Of a stretch of 64,000 nt of DNA, positions 32,629 to 41,178 are shown piece by piece. Numbering within the stretch: position 1 is the stretch's first letter; the number at the start of each line of letters is the position of its first letter. Source of the DNA: an uncultured cyanobacterium (GTDB lineage Bacteria > Cyanobacteriota > Cyanobacteriia > PCC-9006 > JAAUQQ01); NCBI GenBank assembly GCA_963718615.1, contig OY970368.1:3968001-4032000 (forward strand). The letters are read 5' to 3'. The notes beneath the pieces are model-generated. The model was not told the DNA's origin, ran no database searches, and saw only the letters and a program-made list of their open reading frames with translations. The translations under genes were made by a program, and so were the position numbers.

Positions 32629-33306
32629 CTATGGCGCTGGGGTTTGGGTTGCTGCTTGGGGAGCAGATTGACCGATGCGGGGCTCGGTGCCCGCTAAAAT
32701 TCGCTGCATATTGCTGCGGTGTCGAATAATCACGTAAAGGCCGCCTGCTAAGCCAAACAGCAGATAGGGCAATGGAGCCCCGGTCATGAGCATCAAGAGG
32801 CTAATGACAATGGCGGCGCTGATCGACGAAAGGGAGACAATCCGCGACATCGCCAACACTAGCGCAAACGTGCCCAATGCACCTAATCCCACGGGCCAAA
32901 CCATAGCCAAGAGAACGCCAAGCCCAGTCGCCACGGATTTTCCGCCCCGAAAGCCCAGCCAGACAGGCCAGCTATGACCCAAAAGCGCCGCCAAAGCGGC
33001 TCCGGACACCAGCCAAGCGGAGGCAAGTTCAGGGGAGAGGGGAGCAACATCTAGGTTGAGGAGGGGGAAGAGCGATCGCACTAAAACCACCGCCGCCACC
33101 CCCTTGAACACATCCACGGCCAAGACACCTGCCGCCGGACCCTTTCCCAGATTCCGCAACACATTCGTCGCCCCGGTGCCACCGGAACCCCGCTCGCGAA
33201 TATCAAATCCCCCAATCCAGCGGCCCGCCAGATACCCCGTGGGAATCGAGCCGAGCACATAGGCCAAAAGCAGCAAACCGAGGACAGAGGCGATCGCGGT
33301 CAGCAT
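32629..33306 (-). CDS. plsY: Glycerol-3-phosphate acyltransferase
   Basis: YVLGSIPTG, GSGGTGATNVLR, FRGGKSVAT, RHRSN. Confidence 0.96.
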   Translation of the reverse strand: MLTAIASVLGLLLLAYVLGSIPTGYLAGRWIGGFDIRERGSGGTGATNVLRNLGKGPAAGVLAVDVFKGVAAVVLVRSLFPLLNLDVAPLSPELASAWLVSGAALAALLGHSWPVWLGFRGGKSVATGLGVLLAMVWPVGLGALGTFALVLAMSRIVSLSSISAAIVISLLMLMTGAPLPYLLFGLAGGLYVIIRHRSNMQRILAGTEPRIGQSAPQAATQTPAP

Positions 33307-33360
33307 GGGGATCTAAAAAATCTCAAAAATTTGTGGTCCCATCATGCCATGGCGCGGGGG

Positions 33361-35136
33361 TTAGATCCAATCATCATCCTCGCTTGGACGATCCTCGTAG
33401 GGACGCTCAATCATGCGACTGCGACGGCTTGTGTCCCGTGCCGGTGGTGGTGGATTGCTGCGCCCACTGATGGGAGGAGGAGGACTGCTGCTGCGGGGGG
33501 TGCTGCCCCGTGGGTCATAGCGATCGTCGTAGCGATCGTCATAGCGATCATCGTAGCGATCGTCATACTGATTGCCCCGAACCTGATCATTGCGGGTTGC
33601 CTGATCGAACCAACTTTCGTTGCGCTGACCATAGCGATCGTCCCGGCCATAATTGGGCTCTGGGCGACGACCGTAGGGATCCGGGGCATAGCGATCGTCT
33701 TCGTAGCGTTCTTCCCCAATCAGGCGATCGGTCACCCGGTCAAGGCTGTCCGTGACTCGATCCAAAAAGCCTTTCGGTTCCCGTTCCCGAGACCGGTCCT
33801 CCAAGCTGGCCTTAGGCTGGCTGAGAGGATCCCGCGAAAAAGCAATTAATAGGGGGAACTGAAGCAGCGACACGTCGATTAGCTCTTCCGTTTCGTCCAA
33901 AATCACCAAGGGCAAATCCCCCGCTTGCAGCATGCGCTCGGCCCGCTGAACGAGGGGCTCCGGGGCTTCGCAAAGCACAATGCCCTCATTGGGGCCAAAG
34001 TCGCTGCGGGAAATCCCAAGACATTCCTGAATACCGCGTCGCCAGTCCCCAAGCCGTTCGGGGGTGTTGGCAAGGATCAGGGCACAGACGCGATCGCCAT
34101 ACAGCTCATTCAAAACCGAAATCGCCGCCGAGGCCACTAAAATATTCTGTAGGCGGCTGCCTAGGGTCCGCACCGCACCCCGCCCCCCCCGCTCAAAGAA
34201 CCACTGATGGACTCGTTCCTCATGGATGGCCTCAAAGGTTCGGCGGAGCTGCCACGGTGGACCGTAATAATCCGGCTGACTGCGGTAGCGATCGAGAATA
34301 GCCCGAATTTCCCTTTCTTGGGCTTGGGCATCCTGTTCTGCAAATTTGGGCAATGGCAGCGGTTGTTTCTCGGCAGGCTTGTTGTCCACCTCAGAACTTT
34401 TCGCCTGAACCGTAAGCTGTGTTCCCAGATCCATCTGTTCCGTAACGCTGACCAAATCCTGCAAGCTGCCGACCAGATAATCTTTGAAGCCCTGCACCCG
34501 GACGGCTAAATCCTGGGAAACTCCGGCGAAATTTTCACGCATTTCCTTGCGGATGCTGTCGCGGCGACGTTCGAGCTGCTCAACATTGAGCCGGAGTTTT
34601 TGTTGGCGATCGCTCAACTCCCGCAGGGTTTGGTCAAAGGCCGCTTCCAAGATTGCCTGCTTTGATTCCAAGTCCTGCTCTAGCTTGTCCCGCTTTTGGG
34701 TCAGGGCCGCAATTTCTGCTTCTAGGCTACGAACTTCTAGGCTGCGAACTTCTAGTGGCGTGGCAGCAGAATTAATGGTTTCAATGGTGGTATCAGTGTC
34801 AAGGGTAGGGCTAAGGATAGAGCTTATGGTAAGACCATTGGCTGCGTCCGCAGGCTCTTCCGATGGTGCTAGATTGTCTGAATCTGGACTACCCGAATCT
34901 GGACTATTTGCGATCGCCTCCACCGCTCCCATGGCCGAATCTGCGTAGGCTTCTCCCTGGCGATGGTCCCCTGGGGGATTCTGCTGGCTGGGGACAGGCC
35001 CAAGGTTTAACGGAATTGCATCCGCTGGAATCCCCGCCGGAAGTTCCGCCGGATTCTGGGCCGGATTCTGGGCAGAATTCTGGACAGAATTCTCGGGGCA
35101 AGGGTCAGGGGTTTGCAGCTCGTCAGGATTCATCAT
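33361..35136 (-). CDS. DUF3086 coiled-coil protein with low-complexity termini
   Basis: FAGVSQDLAVRVQGFKDYLVGSLQDL and PDYYGPPWQLRRTF; RYDD-repeat tail. Confidence 0.85.
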   Translation of the reverse strand: MMNPDELQTPDPCPENSVQNSAQNPAQNPAELPAGIPADAIPLNLGPVPSQQNPPGDHRQGEAYADSAMGAVEAIANSPDSGSPDSDNLAPSEEPADAANGLTISSILSPTLDTDTTIETINSAATPLEVRSLEVRSLEAEIAALTQKRDKLEQDLESKQAILEAAFDQTLRELSDRQQKLRLNVEQLERRRDSIRKEMRENFAGVSQDLAVRVQGFKDYLVGSLQDLVSVTEQMDLGTQLTVQAKSSEVDNKPAEKQPLPLPKFAEQDAQAQEREIRAILDRYRSQPDYYGPPWQLRRTFEAIHEERVHQWFFERGGRGAVRTLGSRLQNILVASAAISVLNELYGDRVCALILANTPERLGDWRRGIQECLGISRSDFGPNEGIVLCEAPEPLVQRAERMLQAGDLPLVILDETEELIDVSLLQFPLLIAFSRDPLSQPKASLEDRSREREPKGFLDRVTDSLDRVTDRLIGEERYEDDRYAPDPYGRRPEPNYGRDDRYGQRNESWFDQATRNDQVRGNQYDDRYDDRYDDRYDDRYDPRGSTPRSSSPPPPISGRSNPPPPARDTSRRSRMIERPYEDRPSEDDDWI

Positions 35137-35192
35137 CAAAGTCAAGAGGGCAACAAAGGTTGAGCGATTAGGCTGAAGGATCAGCGGTCCTG

Positions 35193-35585
35193 CTAGTCGA
35201 TTCGGCAGCACCGTTCAGTTAAGCAGGTTTCGAGCTGATTCGGGTCAAACAAAATCGGGAGAAAGTGAAAATTTTTGACTTCGTTGAAATAAAACAAAAT
35301 CGGCACTGGTTGCCAGTAGATGCGCCAATTTTTCCATTCAGTGTAGGGAAATGACTTAAACGGCGGCTGATCCCCCCGTGCAACCTCCAAGGCCGTCGGC
35401 GTAAACCGCAATTTTAAAGTTGCCGCCTGATAGGTCAAGAACAATCCAAATAGAGCTACGGGAAGGGCTACCCAAAGATTGAACCAGGCCACGAGGAGGG
35501 CGATCGCCAACATCCCCAGCGGCACCCAGTAGCTGGGAGCCAGTTCAACGGTATTTGAGCTCGTGGTGGAGGCTGCAGAGGTCAT
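35193..35585 (-). CDS. DUF3119 family membrane protein
   Basis: FPY.EW.NWRI.W..VPILFYF.EVK..HFLPILFD. Confidence 0.88.
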   Translation of the reverse strand: MTSAASTTSSNTVELAPSYWVPLGMLAIALLVAWFNLWVALPVALFGLFLTYQAATLKLRFTPTALEVARGDQPPFKSFPYTEWKNWRIYWQPVPILFYFNEVKNFHFLPILFDPNQLETCLTERCCRID

Positions 35586-35691
35586 CTCGGTTCCCTAAAT
35601 TTTGGTTACCAGAAATCGCTTCCATTCTAGGATTTTTTCGACAAATTCGGGGGTAGGGGTCTAGGGCGATCGCCCCTAGGGGCACAGCGGG

Positions 35692-36495
35692 TCAGAGATG
35701 GGAGCGAACTTCCGCTTCCGTAAAGCCTAAGGTTTCGGCAATTTGTGGGATGGAAAGACCCAGGGTTTGGAGGCGGGCGATCGCATCCAGACGTGCTTGA
35801 CGCTCCTGTTCCGCCCGTTGATACTCCTGTTCCGCCCGTTGATGCTCCTGTTCCGCTCGCTCACCGCCGGTGGGCAACAAAGAACCGTCGATTTCCCAAC
35901 AACGTAGCCAAGGCAGCTCCATATTTTGGTACCGGCCCATCCAGATCCCCAGCTCAATACCCAAGGGCTCAAGGGGATAACGACCGCGATCGTTGGGCTG
36001 GAGCAGATGATATCGGTTCCCCACTAACTGATAGACCAAAACAGCCGCCTTTTTGACTTCGTAGATGGCATAGTAGGCAGGCCGAATCACCTGTTCGTAA
36101 ACCCAAAACTTACCGCTCCAGGGCTGATTGTCCCGTTCTTCAGCACCGTCCCCAGAGACAAACTCAATCACGACCAGAGGCGGAATGATTTCTTGCCAGA
36201 GCACATAGGAGCGACGAACCTGTCCGTCTAGGGTGGGGGGCACGTTAGGCACATAAAACCAGTCCGGCGCTTCAGCACCCTTTTCCGGGGGATCTGTGAT
36301 TCGCCAATAGATACCGCAGTCTTGACCAATGCAGTACTGTCCGTCGGGGTGCAGGCGTTGTAGAACCGGCTGAAGAGAATCGGTCAATAGCAGGCTTTGG
36401 GGATGCTCTTGAAAATTCTTCACAAACGTACCATCAGTTTCAGGTAAATCTTGATGGGTTGGAAAGGCTGGAGTTATAGAGCGGGCAAGGGTCAT
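35692..36495 (-). CDS. Uma2 (DUF820) family endonuclease-like protein
   Basis: LPETDGTFVKNFQEHPQS, APDWFYV, IEFVS; RAEQE repeats at the C-terminus. Confidence 0.9.
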   Translation of the reverse strand: MTLARSITPAFPTHQDLPETDGTFVKNFQEHPQSLLLTDSLQPVLQRLHPDGQYCIGQDCGIYWRITDPPEKGAEAPDWFYVPNVPPTLDGQVRRSYVLWQEIIPPLVVIEFVSGDGAEERDNQPWSGKFWVYEQVIRPAYYAIYEVKKAAVLVYQLVGNRYHLLQPNDRGRYPLEPLGIELGIWMGRYQNMELPWLRCWEIDGSLLPTGGERAEQEHQRAEQEYQRAEQERQARLDAIARLQTLGLSIPQIAETLGFTEAEVRSHL

Positions 36496-36575
36496 GGCAA
36501 GAACCTCTTCGCCGAAGGCAACGGTACATTGATTCTATCGAACCTGTTCTAGGACTGACCAACCGCAAAAATTTC

Positions 36576-37364
36576 CTAGAGCTTGAGGGCGGTGCCCTGG
36601 CCCTGAAACAAAATGCCTGAGAGGAAAAAGTTGACCACAAAAATGGCCAGGAGCGTGGTGACCACCGCTGCTGTCGTGGATTCGCCGACGCCTTTTGCGC
36701 CGCCCGTTGTCGTCAGCCCCCAGCTTGAGCCAATAATGGCCACGAGTGCCCCAAACACAAAGGATTTAATCAAGGCGGTCACCAGGTCCCAAACGCCTAA
36801 AAAGCTTCGAATCGAGTCGATAAACACCGAGGTGCTGATTTCGTAGGACCCCATGGCCACCAGCCAACCCCCGAATAGACCGACCAAGGCGAACAGTAGC
36901 GCCAGAATTGGGGTCATGATGCAACAGGCCAGGACGCGGGGGACGACCAGGTAGTCGACGGGATCAGTGCGCAGAACGTAGAGGGCATCGATTTGCTCGG
37001 TGACGCGCATCGTGCCGATTTCAGCGGCAAAGGCGGAGCCCATCCGACCGGCCAGCAGAATGGCTGTGAGCACCGGCGCAAGCTCCCGCACCAGGGACAG
37101 GGCCAAGACGCCCCCCACCACCGCCCCGGCTCCGAACCGGACAAACTCCCGCGCGACCTGAATCGTAAAGACAGCGCCCACAAAAAACGAGGCTACGGAA
37201 ATAATTAAGAGTGAGGCTGGACCCGCTGCGGCCATTTGGTCCACCGTGTTGCGGTGGTGAATACGGCCTTGAACAAGGTGCAACAGCACTTGACCGCCGA
37301 GCAGACAAGCGGCCCAAAGCCGCAGCGCCCATTTGCCTAGTCCTTGGTCCCTCGAAAATTTCAA
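36576..37364 (-). CDS. mlaE: MlaE family lipid ABC transporter permease (Ycf63/TGD1-like)
   Basis: RELAPVLTA...GSAFAAEIGTMRVTEQIDAL, GGAKGVGESTT; start uncertain. Confidence 0.92.
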   Translation of the reverse strand: MKFSRDQGLGKWALRLWAACLLGGQVLLHLVQGRIHHRNTVDQMAAAGPASLLIISVASFFVGAVFTIQVAREFVRFGAGAVVGGVLALSLVRELAPVLTAILLAGRMGSAFAAEIGTMRVTEQIDALYVLRTDPVDYLVVPRVLACCIMTPILALLFALVGLFGGWLVAMGSYEISTSVFIDSIRSFLGVWDLVTALIKSFVFGALVAIIGSSWGLTTTGGAKGVGESTTAAVVTTLLAIFVVNFFLSGILFQGQGTALKL

Positions 37365-37370
37365 ACTGCT

Positions 37371-38141
37371 CTACGCCTCATGGTTGCTGCACAGGACGTC
37401 TTTGAATAACCCTTTGACCTGGTTCCAGGCAGCGGTGGCGGCTTCGGGTCGGTAGGTGTCGCGGCGATCGCAAAAGAACCCATGCCCTGCCCGCTCGTAG
37501 CGAAACACCCGATGCCGTTCACCATTTTGCTGGAGCGCCTGCTCGATCGCATCCACCTGCTCATTGGGAATCAACGGATCTTCATCGCCAAAGAACGCGT
37601 AGACCGTACCCTGAATCTCCCTGGTTCGGTGGAGGGTTGGTGCTCCTCCCCCTGGCGTTAGGGTTGTAATGCCAGCCCCATAAAACGAAGCCGTGGCCTG
37701 GACCTCGGGCAAGGTCGCCGCTAGATATACCACATGTCCACCGAAACAAAAGCCGATGGTCCCGATGGCTGGACTGCCGTTTGAGCGGGATTGGAGTCGA
37801 GTGCCAAAGCGATTTTGTAGGAAGGCGATCGCCCCCTGGACATCACTCAGTAATTCCTCTGCCGTTGTTAATTCCTTATACTTACGGCCTGCCGCCAATC
37901 CGGCCTCATCGTAGCCCACTTCAAAACTAGGGGCGGTGCGCTGATAAATAGCGGGGGCAATGGCAATATAGCCTTCCTGGGCAATCCGCTCCGTCACCTC
38001 TCGGATATGGCCATTCACCCCAAAGACTTCTTGAATGACAATAATGGCAGGGCAGGGACCCTGGCCCTCTGGTTCGGCCAAGTAGGCATCAATGAGCAAA
38101 TCGCCGTTGGGAATTTGAACAGCAGCGGTGCGCAGCGCCAT
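37371..38141 (-). CDS. Dienelactone hydrolase family protein
   Basis: QEVFGVN, GFCFGG nucleophile motif, HGFFCD; ATG 38141. Confidence 0.93.
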   Translation of the reverse strand: MALRTAAVQIPNGDLLIDAYLAEPEGQGPCPAIIVIQEVFGVNGHIREVTERIAQEGYIAIAPAIYQRTAPSFEVGYDEAGLAAGRKYKELTTAEELLSDVQGAIAFLQNRFGTRLQSRSNGSPAIGTIGFCFGGHVVYLAATLPEVQATASFYGAGITTLTPGGGAPTLHRTREIQGTVYAFFGDEDPLIPNEQVDAIEQALQQNGERHRVFRYERAGHGFFCDRRDTYRPEAATAAWNQVKGLFKDVLCSNHEA

Positions 38142-38395
38142 AGGCAGGACCCTATAGGAAATTTCGACCCCCATAGAATATCTCGACTTGACTAGAAAAA
38201 CATGGGGCAGGGCATCGCCCCAGGGACGAATTGTCTCTGGCTGTCTAAAATTTGGGAGAATCACCTCCATCGCGGGACTGCATCTTTTCAACCTCAGTGA
38301 ACGTCGGTTTGACTGGAGCGGTGTGATCTTCAGCCGCCCTGCCTGTCGTTTGAACGAGTCGTTTCTGTCTAGCCCTTCCGGTTACCCCTAGCGTC

Positions 38396-39379
38396 ATGGT
38401 TAAGTTTCACATCCAGCCCGAGAGCGAAATTCCCGCATCCAATCAGCTCTACAACCAAATGATGTTTGCGATCGCCTCGCGCCAATATCCACCGGGGCAA
38501 AAGCTTCCCAGCACCCGGCAACTGGCCATGCAAACGGGACTGCACCGCAACACGATCAGCAAGGTTTATCGCCAGCTCGAAGACGATGGCTTGGTCGAAG
38601 CTCAAGCGGGCTCTGGTATCTACGTGCGGCAGCAGGGCGAAGACGAAGTCATCAGCCGCCGAACGCCCTTGGTGGAGCAATATCCTGAAGCCTACCGAGA
38701 CATTCGCCATGTGCTGGATACGCTGCTCAAACAGGGCTGCTCGCTCAACGAGGCGCGGGATTTATTTTTGGCGGAAATTGACTGGCGGCTACGGTGTAGC
38801 GCTCAGGTGCTCGTCACTGTTCCCCAAGAAGATCTGGGGGCAGGCCAGCTCATGGTGCAGGAACTAGAGCAGGCGCTGAATATCCCGGTGCAGCTTGTGC
38901 CCTTAGAGGAGCTAGAAATAATTTTGAATCAGACCCGCTCGGGCACCGTCGTCACCAGCCGCTATTTTATGAGTCAGGCTGAGGCGATCGCCTCTCCCAA
39001 ATCCGTCCGCGTGATTCCCGTGGATGTCTACGACTACACCAGCGAGATCCAGCTCCTCAATCAGCTCAAACCGGGGACCTGTGTGGGTATCGTCAGCCTC
39101 AGTCCAGGGTTATTGCGAGGGGCTGATGTGGTGATTCGCAGTTTGATGGGCGATCGCCTCCTGCTCATGAGCACCCAGCCCAACGACAGCTATAAGTTAC
39201 GAGCGATCGCCCGCAGTGCCTCGATTATTCTTTGCGATCGGGCCAGCTATGACACCGTTAGAACGGGTGTCCAAGCGGTCGAGCAGGATTTAATTCGTCA
39301 TCCCAAACTGGTCTGCTGCGAGAATTTCATCAGCGCCACCTCCATCAGCCTCCTGCGCCGGGAATTGGGTCTAGAGTAA
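38396..39379 (+). CDS. plmA: Cyanobacterial GntR-family regulator PlmA
   Basis: LPSTRQLAMQTGLHRNTISKVY, EIDWRLRCSA, LLRRELGL. Confidence 0.88.
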   Translation: MVKFHIQPESEIPASNQLYNQMMFAIASRQYPPGQKLPSTRQLAMQTGLHRNTISKVYRQLEDDGLVEAQAGSGIYVRQQGEDEVISRRTPLVEQYPEAYRDIRHVLDTLLKQGCSLNEARDLFLAEIDWRLRCSAQVLVTVPQEDLGAGQLMVQELEQALNIPVQLVPLEELEIILNQTRSGTVVTSRYFMSQAEAIASPKSVRVIPVDVYDYTSEIQLLNQLKPGTCVGIVSLSPGLLRGADVVIRSLMGDRLLLMSTQPNDSYKLRAIARSASIILCDRASYDTVRTGVQAVEQDLIRHPKLVCCENFISATSISLLRRELGLE

Positions 39380-39432
39380 TGGGTCTAAAGTAGTGGGTCT
39401 AGAGTAAATATTTTAGATTGGGGGGCCAAACC

Positions 39433-40188
39433 ATGAAACTTACCTATTTTGGGGCCAACAGTTGGCTGCTCGAATTTGCCGACCTCTGCATCCTCATTGA
39501 CCCTTGGCTCGTTGAAACCCTCACCTTTGGCGGCCAAGGCTGGTTCTTTGAAGGCACCCACACCGCTCCGCCTACCATTCCAGCTACCATCGACCTAATT
39601 TTGCTCTCCCAGGGGCTGCCCGACCATAGCCATCCGCCCACGCTCCAACAGCTCGATCGCCACATTCCCGTCGTCGCCTCTGCCAGTGCGGCCAAGGTCG
39701 CGAAAAAGCTGGGATATTCACAGGTCACGACCCTCAAACCCGGTGAACAGACTGTTCAGGGAAAGGATCGCCTCGCCATCACCGCCACCGCTGGAGCCCC
39801 GGTTCCGCAGGTTGAAAATGGCTATATTTTGCGCGATCGCACCACCCACCAATCCCTATACTACGAACCCCATGGGTTTAGTGAGAGCAGCCTCGCTGAG
39901 CACAGCCCCATTGATGTGGTCATTACCCCGATTGTCAACTTAGCCCTTCCCCTGGCAGGTGCTTTTATCCACGGCAACGAGCGCACTGTAGCGTTGCTCA
40001 AGACCCTACAGGCCCGCTACATCCTGCCCACCGCTGCGGGTGAGGGGGTGAAATATGCGGGTCTAATTGAAAAAGTCTTGCAGGTTGAAGGGGGACCTGT
40101 GGATTTTCGGTCCCAGCTTCAGCAAGCAGACAGTCAGGCCCAATTGATCGAACCTGTGATTAATCAGGCGATCGCCATTAATCTATAA
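39433..40188 (+). CDS. MBL-fold metallo-hydrolase (UlaG-like)
   Basis: ILIDPWL, SQGLPDHSH, YYEPHG. Confidence 0.88.
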   Translation: MKLTYFGANSWLLEFADLCILIDPWLVETLTFGGQGWFFEGTHTAPPTIPATIDLILLSQGLPDHSHPPTLQQLDRHIPVVASASAAKVAKKLGYSQVTTLKPGEQTVQGKDRLAITATAGAPVPQVENGYILRDRTTHQSLYYEPHGFSESSLAEHSPIDVVITPIVNLALPLAGAFIHGNERTVALLKTLQARYILPTAAGEGVKYAGLIEKVLQVEGGPVDFRSQLQQADSQAQLIEPVINQAIAINL

Positions 40189-40302
40189 AGGCTCCTTGAT
40201 TGTGCGTGTTTTGCTACGCAGCAAGCAGCAATAAGCGGAATGATTGCCATCATGAAGATGTATTCAAATATTTCCCAAGATTGACAAAATAGGGAAAGAG
40301 AT

Positions 40303-40728
40303 TTAATTCATCCATCCTTGGTCAAAAGCGTAACCGCCAATCGCAGCCCATTGCTCGTAGGTTATGTTGTATTCCGCCAATAATTCATTGCGATACTTTT
40401 CAATCAGTTCAAACTTGTAGTCGCCCTGCAACTTAGACATTTTCTGAGCTTGCTCAACGCTATAGCTAGGAGCAAGTGGATCGCTAGGAATGGGATACTT
40501 AGATTCAGCCTGTTGTCCAGCTTTGCTTTCGTAAGCCTGCGTCTTGGTAAAAATTTCCCGGCGAGTGGCTTCAGGAATTGCTCCAATCAGTTGCTCTCGT
40601 TCTTGTTTTTTTGCTGTAGCGGTTGCCTCTTTCACTTGCTGAGTTTTCTTCTCAGGCGATGAGCCACAGGCGGTTAGAGTAGGGGAGAAGATGAGTAGCA
40701 GGGCAGACGTTACCATGAATCGTTTCAT
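40303..40728 (-). CDS. Hypothetical lipoprotein
   Basis: MKRF plus hydrophobic stretch and lipobox LTA-C; no family recognised. Confidence 0.7.
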   Translation of the reverse strand: MKRFMVTSALLLIFSPTLTACGSSPEKKTQQVKEATATAKKQEREQLIGAIPEATRREIFTKTQAYESKAGQQAESKYPIPSDPLAPSYSVEQAQKMSKLQGDYKFELIEKYRNELLAEYNITYEQWAAIGGYAFDQGWMN

Positions 40729-41063
40729 TATTGTTTTTATCTTTGGGGAAAAGGGCAAAAAAAGAGAGTCTTTTACTAAGGTGTCCTACTTTTCAGTTGA
40801 CTTACACGGATAAACTTTGTCCAAGAAGAACCTTGCGACCACCATCTAGTTACGAGACTCTCGGATCTCTTGCGAGTGTAACTCACCCCAATCATTTCCA
40901 TCCACATTGACTAAATTTGCAAAAAAAATTGAAATTTTCCGGAAATTCATAACCCTTTCTCTGCAAGGGGTTTAGGCCCCCCAGGGGGCAATTGCCCCCC
41001 AGGAATGACCCCCTCAGGGATCTACCCGGTGTCGTTTTGAAAAAAAATTGGGCATAGTATATA

Positions 41064-41178
41064 CAGGTTCACGCGAAGGTATCCGAAAGGGTCTTCACGT
41101 CCAGGTGTTCCCCACGTGCACAAGGGGGAGAGGAAGCTGTAGAAGAGGTGGGAGTCTGCTACAGCTTCCGGAGCCTGG
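41064..41178 (+). ncRNA. Candidate structured non-coding RNA of unknown family
   Basis: Closing stem CAGGTTC/GAGCCTG enclosing three hairpins, one with a GAAA tetraloop; G-U pairs work only on the + strand; TAGTAT immediately upstream. Confidence 0.45.

Noticed and set aside
33331-33849. Hydrophobic-looking + strand ORF (IAIVVAIVIAII)
   Set aside because: It is the reverse complement of the RYDD repeats in the DUF3086 gene
41067-41100. GTTCAC...TTCAC hairpin after a leader-like region as a CRISPR repeat
   Set aside because: Single copy, no spacer array and no cas genes in the window
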